Part shown: positions 40,036 to 55,309 of the stretch, in pieces
Numbering within the stretch: the stretch's first letter is position 1
Layout of the letters: each line of letters begins with the position of its first letter
Source of the DNA: Eledone cirrhosa
Lineage: Eukaryota
DNA length: 64,000 nucleotides
Assembly: GCA_964016885.1 (NCBI GenBank)
Contig: OZ024740.1
Span: 6,138,001-6,202,000, forward strand
Reading direction: 5' to 3'
The notes under the pieces: model-generated
Databases searched by the model: none
What the model was told of the DNA's origin: nothing
What the model saw: only the letters and a program-made list of their open reading frames with translations
Position numbers and translations under genes: made by a program

Positions 40036-43000
40036 GAGAATATTCATAGAACTGGTATAGATATGATTGCATAGTGTCCCCGGTAGAAATTCTTCACCAA
40101 AGAGATTTATACCAAAATATTCATAGAACTGTTATACATATGATTGCATAGTGTCCCCGGTAGAAATTCTTCACCAAAGAGCTTTATACCAAAATATTCA
40201 TAGAACTGGTATATATATGATTGTATAATTTCCCTGGTAAAATTCTTAACCAGAGAGATTCATACCAAAATATTCATAGAACTGGTATATATATGATCGT
40301 ATAGTGTCCTTAGTAGAAATACTTCCCCAAAGAGATGTATACCAAAATATTCATAGAAGTGGTATATATATGATTGTATAGTGTCCTTAGTAGAAACACT
40401 TCACCAAAGAGATGTATACCAAAATATTCATAGAACTGGTATACATATGATTGCATAGTGTCCCCGGTAGAAATTCTTCACCAAAGAGATTCATACCAAA
40501 ATATTCATAGAACTGGTATATATATGATTGTATAGTGTCCTTAGTAGAAATACTTCACCAAAGAGATTTATACCAAAATATTCATAGAACTGATTTATAT
40601 ATGATTGTATAGTGTCCTCAGTAGAAATTCTTCTGCAAAGAGATTTATACCCAAATATTCATAGAACTGTTATATATATATGATTGCATAGTGTCCTTAG
40701 TAGAAATTCTTCACCAAAGAATATTTATACCAAAATATTCATAGTACTGGTATAGATATGATTGCATAGTGTCCCCGGTAGAAATTCTTCACCAAAGAGA
40801 TTTATACCAAAATAATCATAGAAGTGGTATATATATGATTGTGTAGTGTTCTTAGTAGAAATTCTTCACCAAAGAGATTTATACCAAAATATTCATAGAA
40901 GTAGTATATATATGATTGTATAATTTCCCTGGTAAAAATACTTAACCAGAGAGATTCATATCAAAATATTCATGGAACTGGTATATATATATGATTGTAG
41001 AGTGTCCTTAGTAGAAATTCTTCTCCAAAGAGATTTATACTAAAATATTCTTAGAACTGGTATATATATGATTGTGTAGTGTCCTTAGTAGACATACTTC
41101 CCCAAAGAGATGTATACCAAAATATTCATAGAAGTGGTATATATATGATTGTATAGTGTCCTTAGTAGAAATACTTCACCAAAGAGATTTATACCAAAAT
41201 ATTCATAGAACTGGTATATATATGATTGTATAGTGTCCTTAGTAGAAATTCTTCACCAAAAGATTTATGCCAAAACATTCAAAGAACTGGTATACATATG
41301 ATTGTATAGTGTCCTTAGTAGAAATTCTTAAGCAAAGAGATTCATACCAAAATATTCATAGAACGGGTATATATATGATTGTATAGTGTCCTTAGTAGAA
41401 ATGCTTCTCCAAAGAGATTTATACCCAAATATTCATAGAACTGTTATATATATGATTGTATAGTGTCCTTAGTAGAAATTCTTCACCAAAGAGATTTATA
41501 CCAAAATAGTCATAGAACTGGTATATATATGATTGTATAGTGTCCTTAGTAGAAATACTTCCCAAAGAGATTTATACCAAAATAGTCATAGAACTGGCAT
41601 ATATATGAGTATATAGTGTCCTTAGTAGAAATACTTCACCAAAGAGATTTATACGAAAATATTCATAGAACTGGTATATATATGATTGTGTAGTGTCCTT
41701 AGTAGAAATACTTCCCCAAAGAGATGTATACCAAAATATTCACAGAACTGGTATATATATGATTGTATAGTGTCCTTAGTAGAAATTCTTCACCAAAGAG
41801 ATTCATACCAAAATATTCATAGAACTGGTATATATATGATTGTATAGTGTCCTTAGTAGAAATTCTTCACCCAAGAGATTCATACCAAAATATTCATAGA
41901 ACTGGTATACATATGATTGCATAGTGTCCCCGGTAGAAATTCTTCACCAATGAGATTTATACGAAAATGTTCATAGAACTGGTATATATATGATTGTGTA
42001 GTGTCCTTAGTAGAAATACTTCACCAAAGAGATGTATACCAAAATATTCATAGAACTGGTATATATATGATTGCATAGTGTCCCCGGTAGAAATTCTTCA
42101 ACAAAGAGATTTATACCAAAATATTCATAGAACGGGTATATACATGATTGTGTAGTGTCCTTAGTAGAAATACTTCACCAAAGAGATGTATACCAAAATA
42201 TTCATAGAACTGGTATATATATGATTGTATAGTGTCCTTAGTAGAAATACTTCACCAAAGAGATTTATACCAAAATATTCGTAGATCTGATTCATATATG
42301 AGTATATAGTGTCCTTAGTAGAAATTCTTCACCAAAGAGATTTATACCAAAATATTCATAGAACTGGTATACATATGATTGCATAGTGTCCCCGGTAGAA
42401 ATTCTTCACCAAAGAGATTTTTACCAAAATATTCATAGAACTGGTATATATATGATTGTATAATTTCCCTGGTAAAAATTCTTAACCAGAGAGATTCATA
42501 CCAAAATATTCATAGAACTGGTATATATATGATTGTATAGTGCCCTTAGTAGAAATTCTTCTCCAAAGAGATTTATACGAAAATATTCTTAGAACTGGTA
42601 TATATATGATTGTGTAGTGTCCTTAGTAGAAATACTTCCCCAAAGAGATGTATACCAAAATATTCATAGAAGTGGTATATATATGATTGTATAGTGTCCT
42701 TAGTAGAAATACTTCACCAAAGAGATTTATACCAGAATATTCATAGAACTGGTATAGATATGATTGCATAGTGTCCCCGGTAGAAATTCTTCACCAAAGA
42801 GATTTATACCAAAATATTCATAGAACTGTTATACATATGATTGCATATTGTCCCCGGTAGAAATTCTTCACCAAAGATCTTTATACCAAAATATTCATAG
42901 AACTGGTATATATATGATTGTATAATTTCCCTGGTAAAATACTTAACCAGAGAGATTCATACCAAAATATTCATAGAACTGGTATATATATGATTGTATA

Positions 43001-46000
43001 GTGTCCTTAGTAGAAATACTTCCCCAAAGAGATGTATACCAAAATATTCATAGAAGTGGTATATATATGATTGTATAGTGTCCTTAGTAGAAACACTTCA
43101 CCAAAGAGATGTATACCAAAATATTCATAGAACTGGTATACATATGATTGCATAGTGTCCCCGGTAGAAATTCTTCACCAAAGAGATTCATACCAAAATA
43201 TTCATAGAACTGGTATATATATGATTGTATAGTGTCCTTAGTAGAAATACTTCACCAAAGAGATTTATACCAAAATATTCATAGAACTGATTTATATATG
43301 ATTGTATAGTGTCCTCAGTAGAAATTCTTTTCCAAAGAGATTTATACCCAAATATTCATAGAACTGTTATATATATATGATTGCATAGTGTCCTTAGTAG
43401 AAATTCTTCACCAAAGAATATTTATACCAAAATATTCATAGTACTGGTATAGATATGATTGCATAGTGTACCCGGTAGAAATTCTTCACCAAAGAGATTT
43501 ATACCAAAATAATCATAGAAGTGGTATATATATGATTGTGTAGTGTCCTTAGTAGAAATTCTTCACCAAAGAGATTTATACCAAAATATTCATAGAAGTA
43601 GTATATATATGATTGTATAATTTCCCTGGTAAAAATTCTTAACCAGAGAGATTCATATCAAAATATTCATGGAACTGGTATATATATATGATTGTATAGT
43701 GTCCTTAGTAGAAATTCTTCTCCAAAGAGATTTATACTAAAATATTCTTAGAACTGGTATATATATGATTGTGTAGTGTCCTTAGTAGACATACTTCCCC
43801 AAAGAGATGTATACCAAAATATTCATAGAAGTGGTATATATATGATTGTATAGTGTCCTTAGTAGAAATACTTCACCAAAGAGATTTATACCAAAATATT
43901 CATAGAACTGGTATATATATGATTGTATAGTGTCCTTAGTAGAAATTCTTCACCGAAAGATTTATGCCAAAACATTCAAAGAACTGGTATACATATGATT
44001 GTATAGTGTCCTTAGTAGTAATTCTTAAGCAAAGAGATTCATACCAAAATATTCATAGAACGGGTATATATATGATTGTATAGTGTCCTTAGTAGAAATG
44101 CTTCTCCAAAGAGATTTATACCCAAATATTCATAGAACTGTTATATATATGATTGTATAGTGTCCTTAGTAGAAATTCTTCACCAAAGAGATTTATACCA
44201 AAATATTCATAGAACTGGTATACATATGATTGCATAGTGTCCCCGGTAGAAATACTTCACCAAAGAGATTTATACCAAAATATTCATAGAACTGGTATAT
44301 ATATGATTGTATAATTTGCCTGGTAAAAATTCTTAACCAGAGAGATTCATACCAAAATATTCATAGAACTGGTATATAAATGATTGTATAGTGTCCTTAG
44401 TAGAAATTCTTCTCCAAAGAGATTTATACGAAAATATTCATAGAACTGGTATATATATGATTGTGTAGTGTCCTTAGTAGAAATACTTCCCCAAAGAGAT
44501 GTATACCAAAATATTCATAGAAGTGGTATATATATGATTCTATAGTGTCCTTAGTAGAAATTCTTCACCCAAGAGATTCATACCAAAATATTCATCGAAC
44601 TGGTATACATATGATTGCATAGTGTCTCCGGTAGAAATTCTTCACCAAAGAGATTTATACCAAAATATTCATAGAACTGGTATATATATGATTGTATAGT
44701 GTCCTTAGTAGAAATACTTCACCAAAGAGATTAATACCAAAATATTCATAGAACTGATTTATATATGATTGTATAGTGTCCTCAGTAGAAATTCTTCTCC
44801 AAAGAGATTTATACCCAAATATTCATAGAACTGTTATATATATGATTGTATAGTGTCCTTAGTAGAAATTCCTCACCAAAGAGATTTATACCAAAATATT
44901 CATAGAACTGGCATAGATATGATTGCATAGTGTCCCCGGTAGAAATTCTTCACCAAAGAGATTTATACCAAAATAGTCATAGCAGTGGTATATATATGAT
45001 TGTATAGTGTCCTTAGTAGAAATTCTTCACCAAAGAGATTTATACCAAAATATTCATAGAAGTAGTTTATATATGATTGTATAGTGTCCTTATAGAACTT
45101 TTTCACCGAAGAGATTTATACCAAAATATTCATAGAATTGGTTTCAATATGATTGTATAGTGTTCTTAGTAGAAATTCTTCACCAAAGAGATTTATACCA
45201 AAATATTCATAGAACTGGTTATATATGATAGTAGAATGTCCTTAGTAGAAATACTTCACCAAAGAGATTTATACCAAAATATTCATAGAACGGGTATATA
45301 TATGATTGTGTAGTGTCCTTAGTAGAAATTCTTAAGCAAAGAAATTTATACCAAAATATTCATAGAACGGGTATATATATGATTGTATAGTGTCCTTAGT
45401 AGGAATTCTTAAGCAAAGAGATTTATACCAAAATAATCATAGAATTGGTATATATATGATTGTATAGTGTCCTTAGTAGAAATTCTTCACCCAAGAGATT
45501 CATACCAAAATATTCATAGAACTTGTATATTTATGATTGTATAGTGTCCTTAGTAGAAATTCTTCACCAAAGAGATTTATACCAAAACATTCATAGAACT
45601 GGTATACACATGATTGCATAGTGTCCCCGGTAGAAATTCTTCACCAAAGAGATTTATACAAAATAGTCATAGAACTGGTATATATATGATTGTATAGTGT
45701 CCTTAGTAGAAATACTTCCCCAAAAGATTTATACCAAAATAGTCATAGAACTGGCATATATATGAGTATATAGTGTCCTTAGTAGAAATTCTTCACCAAA
45801 GAGATTTATACCAAAATATTCATAGAACTGGTATACATATGATTGCATAGTGTCCCCGGTAGAAATTCTTCACCAAAGAGATTTATACCAAAATATTCAT
45901 AGAACTGGTATATGTATGATTGTATAATTTCCCTGGTAAAAATTCTTAACCAGAGAGATTCATACCAAAATATTCATAGAACTGGTATATATATGATTGT

Positions 46001-47452
46001 ATAGTGTCCTTAGTAGAAATACTTCCCCAAAGAGATGTATACCATAATATTCATAGAAGTCGTATATATATGATTGTATAGTGTCCTTAGTAGAAATACT
46101 TCACCAAAGAGATTTATACCAAAATATTCACAGAACTGGTATATATATGATTGTATAGTGTCCTTAGTAGAAATTCTTCACCAAAGAGATTCATACCAAA
46201 ATATTCATAGAACTGGTATATATATGATTGTATAGTGTCCTTAGTAGAAATTCTTCACCCAAGAGATTCATACCAAAATATTCATAGAACTGGTATACAT
46301 ATGATTGCATAGTGTCCCCGGTAGAAATTCTTCACCAATGAGATTTATACGAAAATGTTCATAGAACTGGTATATATATGATTGTGTAGTGTCCTTAGTA
46401 GAAATACTTCACCAAAGAGATGTATACCAAAATATTCATAGAACTGGTATATATATATGATTGCATAGTGTCCCCGGTAGAAATTCTTCAACAAAGAGAT
46501 TTATACCAAAATATTCATAGAACGGGTATATACATGATTGTGTAGTGTCCTTAGTAGAAATACTTCACCAAAGAGATGTATACCAAAATATTCATAGAAC
46601 TGGTATATATATGATTGTATAGTGTCCTTAGTAGAAATACTTCACCAAAGAGATTTATACCAAAATATTCGTAGATCTGATTCATATATGAGTATATAGT
46701 GTCCTTAGTAGAAATTCTTCACCAAAGAGATTTATACCAAAATATTCATAGAACTGGTATACATATGATTGCATAGTGTCCCCGGTAGAAATTCTTCACC
46801 AAAGAGATTTTTACCAAAATATTCATAGAACTGGTATATATATGATTGTATAATTTCCCTGGTAAAAATTCTTAACCAGAGAGATTCATACCAAAATATT
46901 CATAGAACTGGTATATATATGATTGTATAGTGTCCTTAGTAGAAATTCTTCTCCAAAGAGATTTATACGAAAATATTCTTAGAACTGGTATATATATGAT
47001 TGTGTAGTGTCCTTAGTAGAAATACTTCCCCAAAGAGATGTATACCAAAATATTCATAGAAGTGGTATATATATGATTGTATAGTGTCCTTAGTAGAAAT
47101 ACTTCACCAAAGAGATTTATACCAGAATATTCATAGAACTGGTATAGATATGATTGCATAGTGTCCCCGGTAGAAATTCTTCACCAAAGAGATTTATACC
47201 AAAATATTCATAGAACTGTTATACATGTGATTGCATAGTGTCCCCGGTAGAAATTCTTCACCAAAGAGCTTTATACCAAAATATTCATAGAACTGGTATA
47301 TATATGATTGTATAATTTCCCTGGTAAAATTCTTAACCAGAGAGATTCATACCAAAATATTCATAGAACTGGTATATATATGATTGTATAGTGTCCTTAG
47401 TAGAAATACTTCCCCAAAGAGATGTATACCAAAATATTCATAGAAGTGGTAT

Positions 47453-50400
47453 ATATATGATTGTATAGTGTCCTTAGTAGAAACACTTCACCAAAGAGAT
47501 GTATACCAAAATATTCATAGAACTGGTATACATATGATTGCATAGTGTCCCCGGTAGAAATTCTTCACCAAAGAGATTCATACCAAAATATTCATAGAAC
47601 TGGTATATATATGATTGTATAGTGTCCTTAGTAGAAATACTTCACCAAAGAGATTTATACCAAAATATTCATAGAACTGATTTATATATGATTGTATAGT
47701 GTCCTCAGTAGAAATTCTTCTCCAAAGAGATTTATACCCAAATATTCATAGAACTGTTATATATATATGATTGCATAGTGTCCTTAGTAGAAATTCTTCA
47801 CCAAAGAATATTTATACCAAAATATTCATAGTACTGGTATAGATATGATTGCATAGTGTCCCCGGTAGAAATTCTTCACCAAAGAGATTTATACCAAAAT
47901 AATCATAGAAGTGGTATATATATGATTGTGTAGTGTCCTTAGTAGAAATTCTTCACCAAAGAGATTTATACCAAAATATTCATAGAAGTAGTATATATAT
48001 GATTGTATATTGTCCTTATAGAATTTCTTCACCAAAGAGATTTATACCAAAATATTAATAGAATTGGTTTATATATGATTGTATAGTGTTCTTAGTAGAA
48101 ATTCTTCACCAAAGAGATTTATACCAAAATATTCATCGAACTGGTTATATATGATAGTATAGTGTCCTTAGTAGAAATACTTCACCAAAGAGATTTATAC
48201 CAAAATATTCATAGAACGGGTATATATATGAATGTATAGTGTCCTTAGTAGAAATTCTTAAGCAAAGAAATTTATACTAAAATATTCATAGAACGGGCAT
48301 ATATATGATTGTATAGTGTCCTTAGTAGGAAGTCTTACGCAAAGAGATTTATACCAAAATAATCATAGAACTGGTATATATATGATTGTATAATGTCCTT
48401 AGTAGAAATTGTTCACCCAAGAGATTCATACCAAAATATTCATAGAACTTGTATATTTATGATTGTATAGTGTCCTTAGTAGAAATTCTTCACCAAAGAG
48501 ATTTATACCAAAATATTCATAGAACTGGTATATATATGATTGTATAATTTCCCTGGTAAAAATTCTTAACCAGAGAGATTCATACCAAAATATTCATAGA
48601 ACTGGTATATATATGATTGTATAGTGTCCTTAGTATAAATACTTCCCCAAAGAGATGTATACCAAAATATTCATAGAAGTGGTATATATATGATTGTATA
48701 GTGTCCTTAGTAGAAATACTTCACAAAGAGATTTATACCAAAATATTCATAGAACTGGTATACATATGAATACATAGTGTCCCCGGTAGAAATTCTTCAC
48801 CAAAGAGATTTATACCCAAATATTCATAGAACTGTTATATATATGATTGTATAGTGTCCTTAGTAGAAATACTTCCCCAAAGAGATTTATACCAAAATAG
48901 TCATAGAACTGGTATATATATGATTGTATAGTGTCCTTAGTAGAAATTCTTCACCCAAGAGATTCATACCAAAATATTCATAGAACTGTTATACATATGA
49001 TTGCATAGTGTCCCCGGTAGAAATTCTTCACCAAAGAGCTTTATACCAAAATATTCATAGAACTGGTATATATATGATTGTATAATTTCCCTGGTAAAAT
49101 TCTTAACCAGAGAGATTCATACCAAAATATTCATAGAACTGGTATATATATGATTGTATAGTGTCCTTAGTAGAAATTCTTCTCCAAAGAGATTTATACT
49201 AAAATATTCATAGAACTGGTATATATATGATTGTGTAGTGTCCTTGGTAGAAATACTTCACCAAAGAGATGTATATCAAAATATTCATAGAACGGGCATA
49301 TATATGATTGTATAGTGTCCTTAGTAGAAATACTTCACCAGAGAGATTTATACCAAAATATTCATAAAAGTAGTATATATATGATTGTATAGTGTCCTTA
49401 GTAGAAATACTTCACCAAAGAGATTTATACCCAAATATTCATAGAATTGGTTTATATATGATTGTATAGTGTCCTTAGTAGAAACACTTCACCAAAGAGA
49501 TGTATACCAAAATATTCATAGAACTGGTATACATATGATTGCATAGTGTCCCCGGTAGAAATTCTTCACCAAAGAGATTCATACCAAAATATTCATAGAA
49601 CTGGTATATATATGATTGTATAGTGTCCTTAGTAGAAATACTTCACCAAAGAGATTTATACCAAAATATTCATAGAACTGATTTATATATGATTGTATAG
49701 TGTCCTCAGTAGAAATTCTTCTCCAAAGAGATTTATACCCAAATATTCATAGAACTGTTATATATATATGATTGCATAGTGTCCTTAGTAGAAATTCTTC
49801 ACCAAAGAATATTTATACCAAAATATTCATAGTACTGGTATAGATATGATTGCATAGTGTCCCCGGTAGAAATTCTTCACCAAAGAGATTTATACCAAAA
49901 TAATCATAGAAGTGGTATATATATGATTGTGTAGTGTCCTTAGTAGAAATTCTTCACCAAAGAGATTTATACCAAAATATTCATAGAAGTAGTATATATA
50001 TGATTGTATATTGTCCTTATAGAATTTCTTCACCAAAGAGATTTATACCAAAATATTAATAGAATTGGTTTATATATGATTGTATAGTGTTCTTAGTAGA
50101 AATTCTTCACCAAAGAGATTTATACCAAAATATTCATCGAACTGGTTATATATGATAGTATAGTGTCCTTAGTAGAAATACTTCACCAAAGAGATTTATA
50201 CCAAAATATTCATAGAACGGGTATATATATGAATGTATAGTGTCCTTAGTAGAAATTCTTAAGCAAAGAAATTTATACTAAAATATTCATAGAACGGGCA
50301 TATATATGATTGTATAGTGTCCTTAGTAGGAAGTCTTACGCAAAGAGATTTATACCAAAATAATCATAGAACTGGTATATATATGATTGTATAATGTCCT

Positions 50401-51485
50401 TAGTAGAAATTGTTCACCCAAGAGATTCATACCAAAATATTCATAGAACTTGTATATTTATGATTGTATAGTGTCCTTAGTAGAAATTCTTCACCAAAGA
50501 GATTTATACCAAAATATTCATAGAACTGGTATATATATGATTGTATAATTTCCCTGGTAAAAATTCTTAACCAGAGAGATTCATACCAAAATATTCATAG
50601 AACTGGTATATATATGATTGTATAGTGTCCTTAGTATAAATACTTCCCCAAAGAGATGTATACCAAAATATTCATAGAAGTGGTATATATATGATTGTAT
50701 AGTGTCCTTAGTAGAAATACTTCACAAAGAGATTTATACCAAAATATTCATAGAACTGGTATACATATGAATACATAGTGTCCCCGGTAGAAATTCTTCA
50801 CCAAAGAGATTTATACCCAAATATTCATAGAACTGTTATATATATGATTGTATAGTGTCCTTAGTAGAAATACTTCCCCAAAGAGATTTATACCAAAATA
50901 GTCATAGAACTGGTATATATATGATTGTATAGTGTCCTTAGTAGAAATTCTTCACCCAAGAGATTCATACCAAAATATTCATAGAACTGTTATACATATG
51001 ATTGCATAGTGTCCCCGGTAGAAATTCTTCACCAAAGAGCTTTATACCAAAATATTCATAGAACTGGTATATATATGATTGTATAATTTCCCTGGTAAAA
51101 TTCTTAACCAGAGAGATTCATACCAAAATATTCATAGAACTGGTATATATATGATTGTATAGTGTCCTTAGTAGAAATTCTTCTCCAAAGAGATTTATAC
51201 TAAAATATTCATAGAACTGGTATATATATGATTGTGTAGTGTCCTTGGTAGAAATACTTCACCAAAGAGATGTATATCAAAATATTCATAGAACGGGCAT
51301 ATATATGATTGTATAGTGTCCTTAGTAGAAATACTTCACCAGAGAGATTTATACCAAAATATTCATAAAAGTAGTATATATATGATTGTATAGTGTCCTT
51401 AGTAGAAATACTTCACCAAAGAGATTTATACCCAAATATTCATAGAATTGGTTTATATATGATTGTATAGTGTCCTTAGTAGAAA
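47453..51485 (+). repeat. Tandem duplication of a 2001-bp block (~26 monomers x2)
   Basis: Markers AAACACTTC at 47481 and 49482, and AGTCTTACGC at 48331 and 50332; both offsets are 2001. Confidence 0.92.
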
Positions 51486-54400
51486 TACTTCACCAAACGA
51501 GATTTATACCCAAATATTCATAGAATTGGTTTATATATGATTGTATAGTGTCCTTAGTAGAAATACTTCACCAAACGAGATTTATACCAAAATATTCATA
51601 GAACTGGTATATATATGATTGTATAGTGTCCTTATTAGAAATACTTCCCCAAAGAGATTTATACCAAAATAGTCATAGAACTGGCATATATATGATTGTA
51701 TAGTGTCCTTAGTAGAAATTCTTCTGCAAAGAGATTCATACTAAAATATTCATAGAACTGGTATATATATGATTGTGTAGTGTCCTTAGTAGCAATTCTT
51801 CTCCAAAGAGATTTTTACCCAAATATTCATAGAACTGTTATATATATGATTGTATAGTGTCCTTAGTAGAAATACTTCACCAAAGAGATTTATACCAGAA
51901 TATTCATAGAACTGGTATAGATATGATTGCATAGTGTCCCCGGTAGAAATTCTTCACCAAAGAGATTTATACCAAAATATTCATAGAACTGTTATACATG
52001 TGATTGCATAGTGTCCCCGGTAGAAATTCTTCACCAAAGAGCTTTATACCAAAATATTCATAGAACTGGTATATATATGATTGTATAATTTCCCTGGTAA
52101 AATTCTTAACCAGAGAGATTCATACCAAAATATTCATAGAACTGGTATATATATGATTGTATAGTGTCCTTAGTAGAAATACTTCCCCAAAGAGATGTAT
52201 ACCAAAATATTCATAGAAGTGGTATATATATGATTGTATAGTGTCCTTAGTAGAAACACTTCACCAAAGAGATGTATACCAAAATATTCATAGAACTGGT
52301 ATACATATGATTGCATAGTGTCCCCGGTAGAAATTCTTCACCAAAGAGATTCATACCAAAATATTCATAGAACTGGTATATATATGATTGTATAGTGTCC
52401 TTAGTAGAAATACTTCACCAAAGAGATTTATACCAAAATATTCATAGAACTGATTTATATATGATTGTATAGTGTCCTCAGTAGAAATTCTTCTCCAAAG
52501 AGATTTATACCCAAATATTCATAGAACTGTTATATATATATGATTGCATAGTGTCCTTAGTAGAAATTCTTCACCAAAGAATATTTATACCAAAATATTC
52601 ATAGTACTGGTATAGATATGATTGCATAGTGTCCCCGGTAGAAATTCTTCACCAAAGAGATTTATACCAAAATAATCATAGAAGTGGTATATATATGATT
52701 GTGTAGTGTCCTTAGTAGAAATTCTTCACCAAAGAGATTTATACCAAAATATTAATAGAATTGGTTTATATATGATTGTATAGTGTTCTTAGTAGAAATT
52801 CTTCACCAAAGAGATTTATACCAAAATATTCATCGAACTGGTTATATATGATAGTATAGTGTCCTTAGTAGAAATACTTCACCAAAGAGATTTATACCAA
52901 AATATTCATAGAACGGGTATATATATGAATGTATAGTGTCCTTAGTAGAAATTCTTAAGCAAAGAAATTTATACTAAAATATTCATAGAACGGGCATATA
53001 TATGATTGTATAGTGTCCTTAGTAGGAAGTCTTACGCAAAGAGATTTATACCAAAATAATCATAGAACTGGTATATATATGATTGTATAGTGTCCTTAGT
53101 AGAAATTGTTCACCCAAGAGATTCATACCAAAATATTCATAGAACTTGTATATTTATGATTGTATAGTGTCCTTAGTAGAAATTCTTCACCAAAGAGATT
53201 TATACCAAAATATTCATAGAACTGGTATATATATGATTGTATAATTTCCCTGGTAAAAATTCTTAACCAGAGAGATTCATACCAAAATATTCATAGAACT
53301 GGTATATATATGATTGTATAGTGTCCTTAGTATAAATACTTCCCCAAAGAGATGTATACCAAAATATTCATAGAAGTGGTATATATATGATTGTATAGTG
53401 TCCTTAGTAGAAATACTTCACAAAGAGATTTATACCAAAATATTCATAGAACTGGTATACATATGAATACATAGTGTCCCCGGTAGAAATTCTTCACCAA
53501 AGAGATTTATACCCAAATATTCATAGAACTGTTATATATATGATTGTATAGTGTCCTTAGTAGAAATACTTCCCCAAAGAGATTTATACCAAAATAGTCA
53601 TAGAACTGGTATATATATGATTGTATAGTGTCCTTAGTAGAAATTCTTCACCCAAGAGATTCATACCAAAATATTCATAGAACTGTTATACATATGATTG
53701 CATAGTGTCCCCGGTAGAAATTCTTCACCAAAGAGCTTTATACCAAAATATTCATAGAACTGGTATATATATGATTGTATAATTTCCCTGGTAAAATTCT
53801 TAACCAGAGAGATTCATACCAAAATATTCATAGAACTGGTATATATATGATTGTGTAGTGTCCTTGGTAGAAATACTTCACCAAAGAGATGTATATCAAA
53901 ATATTCATAGAACGGGCATATATATGATTGTATAGTGTCCTTAGTAGAAATACTTCACCAGAGAGATTTATAACAAAATATTCATAAAAGTAGTATATAT
54001 ATGATTGTATAGTGTCCTTAGTAGAAATACTTCACCAAAGAGATTTATACCCAAATATTCATAGAATTGGTTTATATATGATTGTATAGTGTCCTTAGTA
54101 GAAATACTTCACCAAACGAGATTTATACCCAAATATTCATAGAATTGGTTTATATATGATTGTATAGTGTCCTTAGTAGAAATACTTCACCAAACGAGAT
54201 TTATACCAAAATATTCATAGAACTGGTATATATATGATTGTATAGTGTCCTTATTAGAAATACTTCCCCAAAGAGATTTATACCAAAATGGTCATAGAAC
54301 TGGCATATATATGATTGTATAGTGTCCTTAGTAGAAATTCTTCTGCAAAGAGATTCATACTAAAATATTCATAGAACTGGTATATATATGATTGTGTAGT

Positions 54401-55309
54401 GTCCTTAGTAGCAATTCTTCTCCAAAGAGATTTTTACCCAAATATTCATAGAACTGTTATATATATGATTGTATAGTGTCCTTAGTAGAAATTCTTCACC
54501 AAAGAGATTTATACCAAAATATTCATAGAACTGGTATACATATGATTGCATAGTGTCCCCGGTAGAAATTCTTCACCAAGGAGATTTATACCAAAATAGT
54601 CATAGAAGTGGTATATATATGATTGTATAGTGTCCTTAGTAGAAATTCTTCTCCAAAGAGATTTATACTAAAATATTCATAGAACTGGTATATATATGAT
54701 TGTGTAGTGTCCTTGGTAGAAATACTTCACAAAAGAGATGTATACCAAAATATTCATAGAACTGGTATATATATGATTGTATAGTGTCCTTAGTAGAAAT
54801 TCTTCACCAAAGAGCTTTATACCAAAATATTCATAGAATTGGTTTATATATGATTGTATAGTGTTCTTAGTAGCAATTCTTCACCAAAGAGATTTATACT
54901 AAAATATTCATAGAACAGGTTATATATGATAGTATAGTGTTCTTAGTAGAAATACATCACCAAAGAGATTTATAACAAAATATTCATAGAACGGGTATAT
55001 ATATGATTGTATAGTGTCCTTAGTAGAAATTCTTAAGCAAAGAAATTTATACCAAAATATTCATAGAACGGGTATATATATGATTGTATAGTGTCCTTAG
55101 TAGGAATTCTTAAGCAAAGAGATTTATACCAAAATATTCAAAGAACTGGTATATATATGATTGTATAGTGTCCTTAGTAGGAATTCTTAAGCAAAAATGT
55201 TTATACCAAAATATTCATAGAACTGGTGATATATGATTGTATAGTGTCCTTAGTATAAATACTTCACCAAAGAGATTTATACCAAAATATTCATAGAACG
55301 GGTATATAT

